Of a stretch of DNA of 64,000 nucleotides, positions 13,149 to 26,170 are shown piece by piece. The position numbers and the translations under genes are program-made. Within the stretch, counting starts at the first letter, position 1, and each line of letters opens with the position of its first letter. Origin of the DNA: Callorhinchus milii (taxonomy: Eukaryota); NCBI RefSeq assembly GCF_018977255.1, contig NW_024704756.1, positions 14,446,001 to 14,510,000 on the forward strand, read 5' to 3'. The notes below the pieces were generated by a model. That model was not told the DNA's origin, did not search any database, and worked only from the letters and a program-made list of their open reading frames with translations.

Positions 13149-13385
13149 GATAATAATAATCCGTCCCCCCCACCCCTACCACAAAATAATAATAATAATT
13201 TGGTCACTAAAATTCACGACTCTTTGTGGGACACACCGCTGTGCACAATTAGCTGCCGCGTTTGGCCCACAAAAATACACAGTCGCTACACTTTGCGGTA
13301 CATTCTGTTAAACGCTTTGAGATGTCTCATCGACGTGATAAGGCACTGCGCTTATCAAACTCAGGGTTATTATTGGTATTATTGT
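13149..13385 (+). mobile_element. (ATT)n-tailed SINE 3' half, diverged
   Basis: ttgtgggacacaccgctgtgcacaattagctgccgcgtttggcccaca...ctttgagatgtctcatcgacgtgataaggc. Confidence 0.8.
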
Positions 13386-14044
13386 TATACAGCAGCCTTC
13401 ACGGAAGGGAACATCTTTTGAGCTCTTCACAGGGTGGTAGTGGTGGGGGGGGGGGGGAGGGGCGGGTGTTAGGATTCCTTATTGAGGAATCCCAATAGAA
13501 ATTGACGTGTTATCGACCCCATCCTAGTGTTTGAGGAGTGCGTGCTGTGACTCAAATGGCATTTGGATTAAAACCAAAAGAAAAACCTTTTCAGTCAGGA
13601 AAACCTGAGAGAACATTAAACTTCACCAGGAAACACCTCCACAGGGTGTCTCCTGTTCCCTTCCAGCGAAAGGTCGGACTGTGGACTGATTGAGACACCA
13701 AATCCCAGGGATTCCTGTGAATTCTGTGGTGTAAGATCCGCCTTGATTGATCCCATAAAAATACAATGCGACATTTATGGGGGAGGAAAGTACTGCAGAG
13801 AAAGCACTTAAAGACCATTATGATTTGGTCTTAGAGGTTTCACGCAGAATGCCATGAACTTTATTTTTTTATATAGATAAAAAGCAACTGGAAAGGAATG
13901 TGAGATGGCGATAGTTATTCAAGCTGAGGTAAAGCATTCTTTTCCTTTCATCCACATCCACACCCACCGCCCCCCCCCCCCCCCCACCCAAACCCTCTGA
14001 TTTCTACTGAGCATTGTGTCCCAGTTACGGGACGCAATGAAATG

Positions 14045-14700
14045 AGAAAAGGCCAATTGACCCATCAAACCTGTTCTTTCCACATTCCCATATCGTGGAC
14101 GTCTGCAAAAGTACTTCACGATCCCAAACGTAATTTAGATTAAAAAAAATTCCAGAACATTTATCCACATCCTAACCTATTGCTCTTCACTTTCTGCATT
14201 CCCTTGACTCCAGGAGCGAACTAACAATCGTGCCCCGTGGGGTATTCCATTAACTTTTGATATAACCTCTCCAATCTTTTCCCACCAAATTATTTATTGA
14301 GTTCCTTTTTGGAGGACTTAAACCAACACGTTATCGATTGTTTTTGCTGAGAGTTACTTCCAAGTGTGTCAACTGTTCGATGGGAAAACTAATTGTCTTT
14401 GTCTCTAATCTCACTTGACATTCGCTGATTTTAGACCCCTGTCCTCTAGTTTGCCTCTCAGTCTATATTCAGGGTATACATACATCCTTGCTTAACATTT
14501 TATAAGATTTGGACCGTGTCGCTCCTCAATTTTCGTTACACCAATAAATACAAATTCAGTGCTTTAATCATTTCCTCTTAATTTACAGTTCTTTATCCCA
14601 GAGTTAGCCTTCTTGCTTCCCTTGTGAACCAATCTCCAATGTGTCAGCATCTCTTTGAAGGAAGAGCGACCAAATGTGGCTTCAACACTGATTTATACAA
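14045..14700 (-). mobile_element. Highly decayed CR1 LINE 3' portion
   Basis: ggccaattgacccatcaaacctgttc tail-like motif and reverse-strand remnants of CR1 ORF2 C-terminal sequence. Confidence 0.45.
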
Positions 14701-16045
14701 TAATTTGGTTCAGATGGCTCTGACGTGGATTTGATCAGCTTTCGTTGGCTGGGGCAAGGTCTCGGTTCTTTTAAGTGAATGGAGTTTGGGTTGTCTGCGG
14801 TCCAAGTCCCAGTGGATGAGATCCACTCCATGAAACTGCCCTTTAATTTCACACAATTGACACTGATTTGATAATGGTGCCAAGAAAACCTGTAAGGATA
14901 GGCCACATGGGAAATAAAAAAAACAAGTCACTTTAGTGTCCCAGAGTGTGCTCTTCTGTGACTGGGAATTATGGATGTTGTCAAAGTAATGTAGCAGGAC
15001 TTGATTGATCTCCCTGACCTGGGTGTGATGGCCAAACGATAAACATGTTTCATTTCTACAAATTTTCTCCTTTCTCTCTTAGGAATGAACCCAAAGGAAA
15101 GCAACGCTAAATAGATTCCCCACTTGTCGTTGAGACATCTCAAAGCGCTTCACAGAATATATTGTAAAGTTGATTTCAAACACATCTTCCAAGCGGGGTC
15201 AAACAAAAATAACTGCCTTACGTTTACCAACATTTACAACCCAATTAATTTGCGAATAGGAAATCGTATTTCCGAATAAAAAAAATAATGACTTTACCCA
15301 ACACCAAAACCGAAATTTATTGGGATCTTTAGATATCTATTAATGGCTTTCTCAAAGTAATTTTCTCTGTGTAATTGGGATGACTTGGCTAATAAATATG
15401 ACTTAGAGAGCTGAGTCTCATTTGCCATTGATCTACATCACAAGGGCTGTAGGTTTGAAGCTGATTCTGGTGGTTTCGTTAGAGGTTTTCAGTAATTTCA
15501 CAATTATGAAGCCAATGCTTTGATGGCTCAGTAATCGGACGTATTCCAATGAAAGTACATTGGGTAAAAACAAAGTGATATACAGAAGCCAAAAATGGTT
15601 GTTCCCTTTTAAAAGCCAAGATCTCACCACCCCAACACACACCACCCACCCCCTCTCCCCCCAACCCATCCCACACACACATCTCCAGGTAAGGTAAGAC
15701 GCTTCTAAAACATTAATACACTGATACATATTGAAACAGAGTCGATCTTGAAAATAGAAGACCGTGGATTTATTATTCATTAAAATGATTCAGGCAAGGA
15801 GATTTGTTTCTAAAAGAGAGAAAAAATAGGGCCCCAGCAATTAATTCCGAGTCAGTGCTTTTATCAGATCGAAAGAGACAGTTGGCTTTTGAATTTTTTT
15901 TTGAAATAATGAAATATTTCACTGATTTTTAATAACCAACTTCACAAACAGTCTGTTATTACCTCTTGATAAAATGCCACGTGCACTTAAGGCAGCGTTT
16001 GACACAAGCTGATCATTCCCCTGATTATGATTCTATGGGAAAATG

Positions 16046-16278
16046 TCTGTCCTTGAGAGAGCAGTTGCCTCCCAGCTTCGCTCTTTCCTCTCCTCTCACT
16101 CCCTCCATGAACCTCTCAAATCGGGTTTCTGTGCTGCCCACACCATGGAAACTGCTCTGGTCAAGGTCACAAACGACATCCTGACCATGTATGACCAAGG
16201 CTCTCTCTGCCTCCTCGCCCTCCTCGATCTCTCCGCCGCCTTTGACACCGTGGACCACTCAATCCTCATCACGCTGCT
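16046..16278 (+). mobile_element. L2 LINE reverse transcriptase fragment (non-functional)
   Basis: ORF 16043..16288: VLERAVASQL...KSGFCAAHTMETALVKVTNDIL...LLDLSAAFDTVDHSIL matches the L2 RT motif QSGFR-HSTETAL-KV-ND...LLDLSAAFDTVDH-IL. Confidence 0.92.
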
Positions 16279-16279
16279 T

Positions 16280-16375
16280 TTTAAATGAGTCTAGTGTCAT
16301 GGCCGGTACCACTATTCCTGGAAACCTGTTCCAATCGTTGATTATTCTCTGCGTAATGAGAAACTTCCTGGTATC
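16280..16375 (-). mobile_element. CR1 ORF2 C-terminal remnant
   Basis: accactattcctggaaacctgttccaatcgttgattattctctgcgtaa resembles reverse-strand CR1 'TQRV...WN.LP' region. Confidence 0.55.
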
Positions 16376-17384
16376 TGGTGCATTCAGCTGTCCAATTTGG
16401 AATTATCTTATTTCTATTCCCACTTAAACTGGAATCCAAATAAGAAATACCGCAAATTAGTTCCCAGTGTGCGTACATTCCTGCAGAGTCCCAGCGTTCA
16501 GGACAGTAGATGTGATTTGCGACCCTCATGTTATTGATGCCAAGTCGGTGGTTTCAATGGTGCTGGCTCAGGGTATAGTATCCTCGCAATTTCTTCCAAA
16601 TATCTCTGCACGACGCAGCAGAAAACATTATCAGCCTCTGACTGCAAAATAAATTCTTGTCATTAAAGGTTTATCCGAAAGGTTGCAATCAGCTGGGGCT
16701 TAAGGAAATGTACAGCAAGCCAACAAGTAGCTGGTTCAAAGGGAGATAATAATGGTGATAATCCTTACATTTGATATAATGCCTTATCATGTCATTGAGA
16801 CGTCTCGAAGCACATCTTTCGGTCAAGCTAAATGCTCCATTTCAGGGGAAACTACCCGTTCAGCTGCTTATTAGACGAGTACAATAGCGTGATAAGTTTA
16901 CAAAATATATACTTATATACTGATAAGGATGGCATTTTGGGAGGAATTGGATTGCAATCCTATCTGCAGCACCACAGGTGATCTACCTCTCAACCCGCTC
17001 TGTAATCTAACGCGGGATTGATGTAAGATTGGAGAATGCTGGACCTGCTCTTTAGAATGAAATAAATTCTAAAATACAGCTGAACGTACCCTGGGAGTCG
17101 ACTGAGAGTGCGGTGGATTGTGTATTAACGGTCTGCTTCAGAACTGGCAACATGGGTTTAAATCCAGCCGCAGCAAAGCGGAAAATGCAGCAGAATTATT
17201 ATTATTATTATTATTATGGAAGTTGCAGCCAGTAATTGCAAAGTCAATTTATGTCCACCTCCCCTGTTGTGGAACAATCGCGCCTGGGGAGATGGCAACT
17301 GCAGGCACACAAACACACACTGATTAGTAACGTTCTCTTTTTTTTTACCTCCTGCTTAGTGGTTCGGGCAGCGTGCTAACAGGT

Positions 17385-17745
17385 CATAAGTCTAGGCTGA
17401 CACTCCAGGGCAATGCTGGAGGAAGACTGCGCTTTAGAAGGTGCTATCCTACAGATGAAACATCCATCAAAGTCCCGCCTGTCGGTTCAAGGTGGATGTT
17501 GAAGGTCTCCCACGATGCTACTCGAAAGAGAAGGGAGCTTCTCTCTCCAGGTGTTCCTGGCTAACCGTAACCACCAGTCAAATTGGCCATTCACTTCATA
17601 ACTGTTTGTCGGACATTGCTGTGCGCAAATCGGCTGCCGTGTTCGCCCACAGAATACCTGGTCGCCATGGTTTTGCAGGAAAAAATTGCATTGAAGATGT
17701 TTTGATGCTGGTAAAGGGCTATATCAAATGCAAGGATTATTATAA
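17385..17745 (+). mobile_element. Old DeuSINE with (ATT)-type tail
   Basis: ctaggctgacactcca...ggtggatgttgaagg...ggacattgctgtgcgcaaatcggctgcc...gctatatcaaatgcaaggattatta. Confidence 0.8.
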
Positions 17746-17844
17746 TAAATTTCGGATCAATTTGCAGAAAAATATGGTTCGTGATCGTACACTGCATTTC
17801 CCTACTCCCTTTACTCTCATTAAAAAAAATATAGCTGTAACTAT

Positions 17845-18011
17845 TTGTTCACTCGATCCATGACACTGTGGGACGCTGCTGTGCGCAATTGGCTGCTGTG
17901 TTTCGCCCACAAAATATACAGTCAATTCACTTTACAGTATATTCTGTGAAGCGCTTTGAGACGTTTCAACAATGTGCTAAGGCGCTGTATCAAATGCAAA
18001 GATTATTATTA
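17845..18011 (+). mobile_element. (ATT)n-tailed SINE 3' half
   Basis: gtgggacgctgctgtgcgcaattggctgc...cagtcaattcactttacagtatattctgtgaagcgctttgagacg. Confidence 0.9.
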
Positions 18012-18384
18012 TAGGAATAAAAAATATAGCTCAGGTCGGAGGAGCTCTGTGTAGAGAGACCACATCTAAAGAGGGGAGAAGTGAGTTATTTTAAAGAACA
18101 TTTATGTAGAACTTGCATGTAGCTATATTATTATTTATTGTTTTTTCATTGAGCACGCCTGCAGCAAAGCATGTTACTTGTTAGAATACAGGAACACGGG
18201 TTTCTCAATGTCCTTGTAAACTTGTCCTTGTGGCTTTCTTGCAAGTAAGAGGAAGGTCATTACCAGAAACCTCAATCATTATTTCTTGACTTTCGATCGA
18301 TCAGAAAGCTCCAGAAGACGGGCAAACGAACACTGGGCACTATCAATCTTTTCCCGATCTGGAATCTAAAAAAAGTCGCTATCA

Positions 18385-18634
18385 ACCTGCTCGCTCTCTC
18401 CGCTCAGCGGGCTCTGGCCTGCTTCATGTTCCCCGCCTTGCTTGCCCCACTATCGGCGGGCGGACCTTCCGCCACTCTGCACCCCACCCTCTGGAACTCC
18501 ATCCCGCAGTCCTCCATCTCGCCAGCTCCCTTGTCACCTTCAAGACCCATCTTCAAGACCCTCCTCTTCGACCGTGCTTTCGATCTCTCTGCTTCCCCCC
18601 CCACTCCGCACTCACCCACCCCGACCCCCAGCTT
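18385..18634 (+). mobile_element. L2 LINE ORF2 C-terminal fragment
   Basis: HPTLWNSIPQS...FKTLLFDRAF; homologous to 11229. Confidence 0.8.
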
Positions 18635-18780
18635 AACGTCTCATTTGAGGGATGAAGTCTCCAGCACCTCATTGGAGCATCAACCCAGATTATGAACTCA
18701 AGGTCCCTTTGTGGGAGCTTGAACCCACAACCTCCTGACTCTTGAGATGAGAGATCTACCGACTGAGCCAGGCTGACACC
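18635..18780 (-). mobile_element. DeuSINE 5' head fragment
   Basis: cttgaacccacaacctcctgactc...gactgagccaggctgacacc is the reverse complement of the head at 56756. Confidence 0.8.
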
Positions 18781-19859
18781 TCTCCAACACAGGAAGAAAA
18801 CACTAGCAAGGTACATTTGCTCGTGAGCTCGCTCGTACTAAGATATTCCTGAAAGGTGATAATCAGCTGATTCACACCGATTGCTGTGGTGATTGCAGGT
18901 GAGTTTGATGATTCATTCACATATTTCTCAACAGGGGGGGAGAAGTGGGAAACTTTCAGTGTTTGAGCCATACCTCACAGCTCTCTCAGACAGCTCAATA
19001 TTCTTGATGTCTTTCCAAAATGAGGGAGTGCAGCAAAAGACCATCAATTTTAGAAGATTTCCATTAGCTGAGTGACATGCCTGACGCAGAGTGCTCTGTG
19101 GATATAATGCTTTCTCTGTCAGGTGCTGCAATATTCGAGATAGAATCAGCTTCCTTGAGTATAATGGACCAGAAATGCGACAATTTAGGGTCAGGGCCTG
19201 AAAATAGAGGGTTCCCATTTCTTCAACATCCAGATCAGGAGGTAACATTAATATGGTGCAATCTTGTCAAATGAACACTGGGAATGGTGAATAATTTTCA
19301 ATGAACTCCTTTCATTCAGCTGCGAATAGAGACAGACCATTCATCCCACACATTTCTTCCCACTCCTAATTTGTCACAATATAAAGGGAGTTAGGCCAGC
19401 GAGCTGACAAATGGTGTGTTATTTTCAGCACCGTGAAGACCAAACCTATAAGTGTCGAGGAAGATTGACTGTAATTATGCCCGTCCACCTTTTTCTTTCT
19501 ATGAGACGTTCTCTCTCTCATTTAGAAGCATCGCTTTATAATCGCCTCCTTTCTGAATGGGCCCAAACGGGAGGCAAAACGTGTCAGGAAAGTGGGGAAT
19601 TCTCGAGGCAGGTTGCCGTAATTGTCGCATGATCAACGCTAGCCTTTGGCAAAGTCTTTACCTCTCTCGTGTCACAACGCTGTAGGGTCGTTTAGCGAGC
19701 TGGACAAAAACAAATCTTTCGTTCTTGGACTTAATGCAGTCCGAAGCTATTTAGAGCACGGTGTTGGACAAGCACAAACTGTGCAACATTGCAGGGATGC
19801 AGTCAGTTGTCGAAATGGTTATCTTTTGAGCTGTTCCATGAAAGTTTCTACAACTTTGG

Positions 19860-20100
19860 TCACTATCCTTTTCCCAGCTCATGCACATATCTCTGGCAGG
19901 CATCCTTTCCTGCTCCGGTCTCCGAATGTCCTTCACCCCACAACCTCTCAAAAACTCATCTTGAAATCTTATCTCTTTGACCACCTTTGTTCAACATGCG
20001 TCAACTCACTCCTCCTTCCCATCCTGTTCCCTGGTGCACACTCTCTTTGCAAAGCACGTTGAAAAGTTATCGCACATGAAAGGTGCTATGTTAGTTGTTG
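19860..20100 (+). mobile_element. Decayed L2 3' end
   Basis: LILKSYLFDHL resembles LKT-LFD-AF; tail tgaaaggtgctatgttagttgttg. Confidence 0.5.
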
Positions 20101-20149
20101 TCAGCCCTCCATAATTGTGCCAGGAACCCAAGAGCTAGTCTATAATAAT

Positions 20150-20222
20150 GCAACAACAACAACAACAAGATTACATTTGTATAGCGCCTTTCACGTCGGA
20201 AGGACGTCCCAAGGCGCTGGAC
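20150..20222 (-). mobile_element. L2 3' tail with (TTG)n
   Basis: (caa)n gattacatttgtatagcgcctttcacgtcggaaggacgtcccaaggcgctgga. Confidence 0.85.
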
Positions 20223-21130
20223 CGAACGGGTGTGAGAATGTGTTGGCAGGCAATAGACTTCATGCAGTTTTGTACCATTGTTGAAACATTTTATCATCTC
20301 TTCATCAGATGTGATTCAATTGTTTCTGCAACCAGAATTTGTTGGGCTTTATTTACCCAATCCTTTCCGGACATCGTTGCGATTTGCAGTTCGACGTATT
20401 TGTCTGTACGACATTGTAAAAAATATATATTTTTTTGCAAAGTTCACCTGTTGGGAAACTTCAGGAGACGAGCAAAGTAACGAACACGTGTTTTTTCCCC
20501 TCAAATCTGAAGCTGTTCAAAAAAACAAGAAGTTCTGTTAAAAAAAAACCCACGGAAAAAAAACATGCATTTGCAGAATTAAAAAAAAGTATCAGTGAGA
20601 GAGCTAGAGAGAGAAAAAAAAACTTCAAATGAGCCAAAACTTTGATCCCTTCTGCAGTCACCATCTGTTATTGTGCTGCACTTTGGAAGATAAAACATAA
20701 TAATGCAGCACAACCTTAATCAGTTTTAAAGGTTACACTTCGCGATTGACGGTGATATTATCAGCTATACAAAAGTCTGCAAAAGGTGAGAGATGACAAA
20801 TTTGTTCCGTCAATCTGTTCTGCATACTGTGTTTGTAAGGGTTTGGTAATCCGCAGACGTGACCTGGCAAAATCATGCTCTTATTTCCCACCCGAGATTA
20901 CTGCAACTATTCCCAATCTTCATGACGATGAATAAAGTATGCAGAAAATGTAATGCATTGTAAACACTTTCTAATCTCTTCTAATCTTTCCTAATACTTT
21001 ACTTTGACCTTTATAAATGCAAGGCCTTTCAACCTAAACAGGACCCAGTCTCTGAGAGTGTTTTTTTTTCTTCACCACAGAGTACTCTGACTTTTCTGTT
21101 GAGATCAATTAATTTCCCGATGGTTTAAAG

Positions 21131-21530
21131 TGCCAGCCTGGCTCAGTTGATACCACTCTCGCTTCCTGAGTCAGAATGTTCTGGGTTGAAGCCTGATGTC
21201 GGGACTTTGAGCTCAGCCTCGGCTGATCCGACAAGGCAGTGCTGGGGGAGTGCTGCTTTGTCGGGGGTGGGTTCCTTCAGATGAGACGTTAAAACGAGGC
21301 CCTGGCTGTTCAGTTGGACGTTAAAGACTCTATTCGAAAAACAGAAGGGAGTTTCTCCCGGTGACCTGAGCAAGAATCACCCATTTTGTGGAACATTGCT
21401 GTGGGGAAATTGGCTGCTAGGTTCATCTACAAAACACACAGGCGTTGCACTTTACGGCATTTCCTATGAATTTGCTGTGAGGGGTCCTCCCGATGTGAAT
21501 GATGCTGTGGCAAATGCAAAGTAAATTTAT
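21131..21530 (+). mobile_element. Near full-length old DeuSINE
   Basis: Head ccagcctggctcagttg...ctgagtcagaatgttctgggttgaagcc, Deu core gagacgttaaaacgaggccc...tggacgttaaaga, L2-type tail. Confidence 0.8.
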
Positions 21531-22169
21531 TTGTGGCTGTTGGCAATGTGCATGTTCAGTATTGTAACTACTCTTTAGTCTAAGCTACATGTTCGGTGCC
21601 AATCAAAGTGCAGTAGAAATTTAGGTTGAATCAATGCAAATTGCCCTGGAGACCTGTTCCTGACACTACCTGGAGGAGGAAGTTTCAGTAACTGTTATTC
21701 ACACCCCCTAGAGCTTATTTACACGGGAGGTGAATCACACTGTCGGATGTTCTCAGACTGGGAACTTAAAACACGCTGTTATTTTTATTACTTGTAGATT
21801 GTACAACCGGCTAATTTAACATTAAAATCAGTGTCCGTTTTGATTTTGATGTTTAGTGTGTGCGCTGAGCTGCTCGTGGGCAGAACGGCAAACAGTGTTT
21901 GGTTCTAACAGTTGGATCCTTCGAAACGGAAGCGGATATAACACGGCTTTCTTCAATGTAACGAGCCACCTTTTAACCTCGCGGTGAATAAATAGAGGTC
22001 CCAGGATTTAAATTGTGCGAACCTTGAGGTCAACTCATCAATATGGTGAGGCACGCCACTAAATCCACAGCAAGCAAAAAAAATTGACCTAGTTAAGAGG
22101 AAACTTGATGCATAGATGAGGGGAAAGGGAATAGAGGCATGTATCAATCCGACCTATATCGCTCAATAA

Positions 22170-22375
22170 TAAAAGTAGAAGTCGCTGGGAACACTCAGCA
22201 GGTCAGGCAGTATCTATGGAGAGAGGAAAGCGAGTTAATGTTTCTGTCGATGGCCTTTCGTCCGAGCTACGACCGCTTTGACGAAAGCTCATTGAGTGGC
22301 ATTCAATGACCTGCTGAGTGTTCCCAGCGACTTCTGCTTTTATATCAGATTTCCAGCATCTGCAGTATTTTGCCT
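22170..22375. mobile_element. Penelope-like (pseudo-LTR) inverted-repeat element
   Basis: 36-nt arms 22170-22205 and 22307-22342 with 35/36 complementarity; sequence resembles the common shark ctcagcaggtcaggcagcatctgtggagaga palindromic repeat; degenerate hammerhead boxes. Confidence 0.7.
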
Positions 22376-23424
22376 TTTCTATTATTGCTCAACGTTGACC
22401 GGTCCATTTCCATTGCTCCAGGCTTGATCCACTTCTGGGCAAATTCTCTGGGAGATTGTGTGTTGTTTGATAAGTTTGTTGCAGACAATGGTCTCCTGGC
22501 CATTGCTGTAAACCCTCTCTGATTCCAAGCGCGTACTGTTTGAGCGCACAGCCAGGGAACCCGTTTGCTGAACTGTATGAATGTGACTGCCACGATGAAG
22601 TAACTTGCAACCTCAACCAAAGTGCCTTTCTAACATGCTTCTTTAGATCGACTACGGAAATGTATCGCCAGATTATATGCAGTCATGCTGAGAAAGCTGC
22701 TCTGTCTGTTATTAATTTTGAACGAAGGGGCCAAATGTGGCAGAAACCAGGGGCGTGCATGCGTGTGGGTGGCAAACCGCTAGCTGTTTGCACAATAGTG
22801 TTGCCGAGGCCTTTTTATTGCTGCTGGAAAGACGAGGGAAGGAAAGGTCACCCGCAAAGGTAGTGTAAAGCTTGCATCAGGAGTTAAAGGCTTTGCAACT
22901 GTTGGTTATATCATCTCCCACTAATGATCTGTAGCAGGGCTCCTGATGGGGCGAACGTTGATAGTGTGATCTTCAAAGTCTGGTCGAAGGTAATCAAATC
23001 CACAACACAGGTACACAGTGGAGCGAGATCTCAATGATGTTGAGCTGCAACAAAACATTGTTTTACAAATAAGGTGGTTCAATTAAATTTGGACTTGAAT
23101 GCCTGTCTGCAACCTGGCTTTAATGTTGCTGCTATGTAACACACAGTGCATGCTTCATTCTCTGACCCGAGGACTTTAAGCTTCCTAGAAGAGATAGAAA
23201 GCGTGGACACTTAAGAGCAAGAGATGGGGAGCTCACCTGCACGATGACTTACAATGAAAGATACTTGCCTTGGGCTGGGAATGTCGAGATCAATTTGTTC
23301 CGTGATTAAGCGCGTGGAACTAAACGCCCTTTCAAACGAGCAAATTACAGTGTGTGCACATCGGGGTTGGGGGGCAATTGTGCGAGTTGTGTAAACCACG
23401 CGTGAAGAGGGAATGAGAGGTGCA

Positions 23425-23645
23425 TTGCGATGTCCCACAAACAGTCATGGAGTGAGGGACCAATTTTATTTCAGCGATTGTTGGCGCGGAAATTCCCTTT
23501 CGAACGGTGCAACAGAACCTTTCATGGCCACCTAAAGAGGCAGACAAAAGCGTCTCATCAGAAGGACAGCACCTGCAACAATTCAACACACTGTGTTCCA
23601 GCGCTGCATTGGAGTATCAGCCTGGACTATATGAATTCGAAATCC
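23425..23645 (-). mobile_element. DeuSINE fragments
   Basis: gatgtcccacaaacagtcatg...tctcatcagaaggacagcacc...gcgctgcattggagtatcagcctgga. Confidence 0.65.
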
Positions 23646-24296
23646 CCACGTGGTTGGAATGAAGCTGTGAGCATTATTTTCTCGCTTCCTTTGTGCGGTT
23701 TAACGCTGGCTATTTTTAAACCCACATTAAAATCCGTGAGATTTACTCCCCAGTGCAATGTGTCAATTGGGTCCTGCCTGCGTTAATTAAATGGAGTCTT
23801 AACAGAACCAACCGGCCACATTGGTACTTTACTTAATACGTTGCTGCTCAGCGTTCGAAATTGCCCTTTCCTGAAGATGAGTGTTGCCGTCTCTCCTTGA
23901 ATACGTTTTGAAATTGCTGCTTGTGTAATATCTGAAAGTATTCCCATGGGGCTGCTTGTAAAATATGTCAGTATCTTACAGAGAAAAATGCAGCAGTTGT
24001 TTTATCTTTGGTGGCTAGATCTTAATTACATAGCGTGGGACTGTACTTGAATCCAATGCATACATTTGCTGTTTCATTCTGATATATACACTGGAGGTGT
24101 GTGTGTGTTTCTTCTCCTCACCCTAACATTCAGCTAAGTTTATATCACTGTTGTATGAGTCGTAATAAAAGATTTCAGGCCTTGTTCCTCCTTACCTCTG
24201 TGACCGAGCAGCGCTCTGTATGTTCCCAACTTCACAAGAAGCGCTGGTGTGCAGTGAAGAGGTAGCTTGACACCGTGTGGAGCCAATAACCCCAAC

Positions 24297-24428
24297 ATTA
24301 ATAATAATAATAATCCTTGCATTTGACAGAGCACCTTATCACGTCGTTGAGAAGTTTTCGAAGCGCTTCACAGAATATATTGTAAAGTGAATTGACTGTG
24401 TATTTTGTAGGCGAAACGCCATTGGCGC
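24297..24428 (-). mobile_element. (ATT)n-tailed SINE 3' fragment
   Basis: (aat)n ccttgcatttgac...gcgcttcacagaatatattgtaaagtgaattgactgt. Confidence 0.85.
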
Positions 24429-25507
24429 AGGTATAAAAAGAACATTAATGTAAGAATTATTATTACTACTGTATAATTCCCGTTAGAAATTGTCACAATA
24501 TCAAGCCCGTGTACTTGGGTGACGTTTTTATTGGTGGTGGGGGGGGGGAACTTTTTACCGAGTGTCTCATAAAGTTCAGGGATGATGTGTCTGACGGGGA
24601 GTTAGACCGCGATGCAGCGAGATATTTCTGAATCATTAGGCTGTTGAAGATTAACACTCATCTAACACTCACAGTAGCCTGCCTGCCTGTCACTGAGCCA
24701 TGATTCACAAATCAGCCTAATCTTCTGACTGATGATCTGATCAGAATTCCCCAGAGCAACGAGACGATTGCCTGATCCCTGCACAGCAAATGTCACACTA
24801 ACTTATGGCTTGCATTTCAGCAATTCATCTGCTTGTGTTGCAGAATGAAATTAATAAAGAGCGGGGAGGACTGGCTGTTTATGGGCTCTTAATGCTCCAA
24901 ACATAATGTGGGATATATGGGTTTTAACAGTAGTAACTGCAGTCATTTATTACCCCCCACAGTAAACCATCAAGCTCGACGTGCACAAACTAGACATGGT
25001 CAAAATCAGACTTGCATCAAGACATTGGACAGTAATATGCAATGGGAGGTAAGAAGCTGAGCGATACGTGATGTCTCGAATATATTTATGGCACGGTGTA
25101 AGACTGTGTATTAAAATCATTAATAATCCTTTTTGGAAGTTCACTATTGAAGGAACTTGTCAGCTAAGCAGCAAAGGCAAGAACTAGTACAGTAGAGGCT
25201 TGTTTATAAAATAGTTATGTGTATGTGTGTGTGGGGGGGAGCAGGTCCATAAGATCGCAACCAGTGTTAAAAAAACTGGCTCACTTGCAGGTCATCAGGG
25301 ATCACCACAGACGTTATCTCCTGCATGACTGACCTCGATGGACATCTGAGCACTCCGAAATTGACCTTGTTTAGCACCGCAAAAGTGGCTGGAGTTTTGA
25401 AGCCAGCCCGGCTGTCTTTCTGCTCGCATTTTGGATTTACGGGTAAGTAATGCGTCGGGGTCCATCAACACCTCAGTCACATAATGAGCACAATTCGCGT
25501 TATAATG

Positions 25508-25643
25508 AATAATAACAACAACAATAATAACAATAATCCTTGCATTTGATACAGTGCCTTATCACGCCTTCTAGACGTCTCAAAGCGCTTCGCAGAAGAT
25601 ACTGTAAAGTCAATCGACTGTGTATTTTGTGGGCGAAATGCAG
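25508..25643 (-). mobile_element. (ATT)n-tailed SINE 3' fragment
   Basis: aatccttgcatttgatacagtgccttatcacgccttctagacgtctcaaagcgcttcgcag. Confidence 0.85.
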
Positions 25644-26170
25644 CGTGTTGTTGTAACGAGGTTCTGCTGCGGGAACCTAAGAGAGATTCCAGGCCGAACC
25701 TAAGGACGTTCAATTTCTAAACTGCGGGCAGGAACATTTGGTTCATTGGAAACATCTGGGCTGAAATTTGAACCTGTGGTCTGAATCTATCGCTGCTGGC
25801 TGTATGTCAAAATACTGCTCCATAGAATAGATGAACTCAGTATTTCAGGTTAAAGGGCAACTCTACTGACAGTGAACATGGGTGGGAAATGTCACTTTTT
25901 TTTCCACTTAAGTGCTTCACATTCAATAGACCTGTCACTATCAGAGTCAGAGATCAAATAAACGCTTTACTCAAGTGTGTCTAAAATAGGATAGAAGACT
26001 GGTTAAAATACATTTCTGGCCTTCACATTGCTCTTTGGAAAGAGGGAGGGGGAAAAACGCACTGAGTACAGCTCACCTGACAAATTACTGTGGTCATGTT
26101 TTGATCACTTTTGGCACTTACTTGTCCCACGTGAGAATTGGTTTATGTGGGCAGCTTGCCTGAATTCTCT

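Noticed and set aside
16043-16288. Functional reverse transcriptase gene (retron/DGR-like system)
   Set aside because: Only an ~80-aa L2 RT fragment with no YADD motif, truncated at a CR1 remnant; eukaryotic LINE debris.
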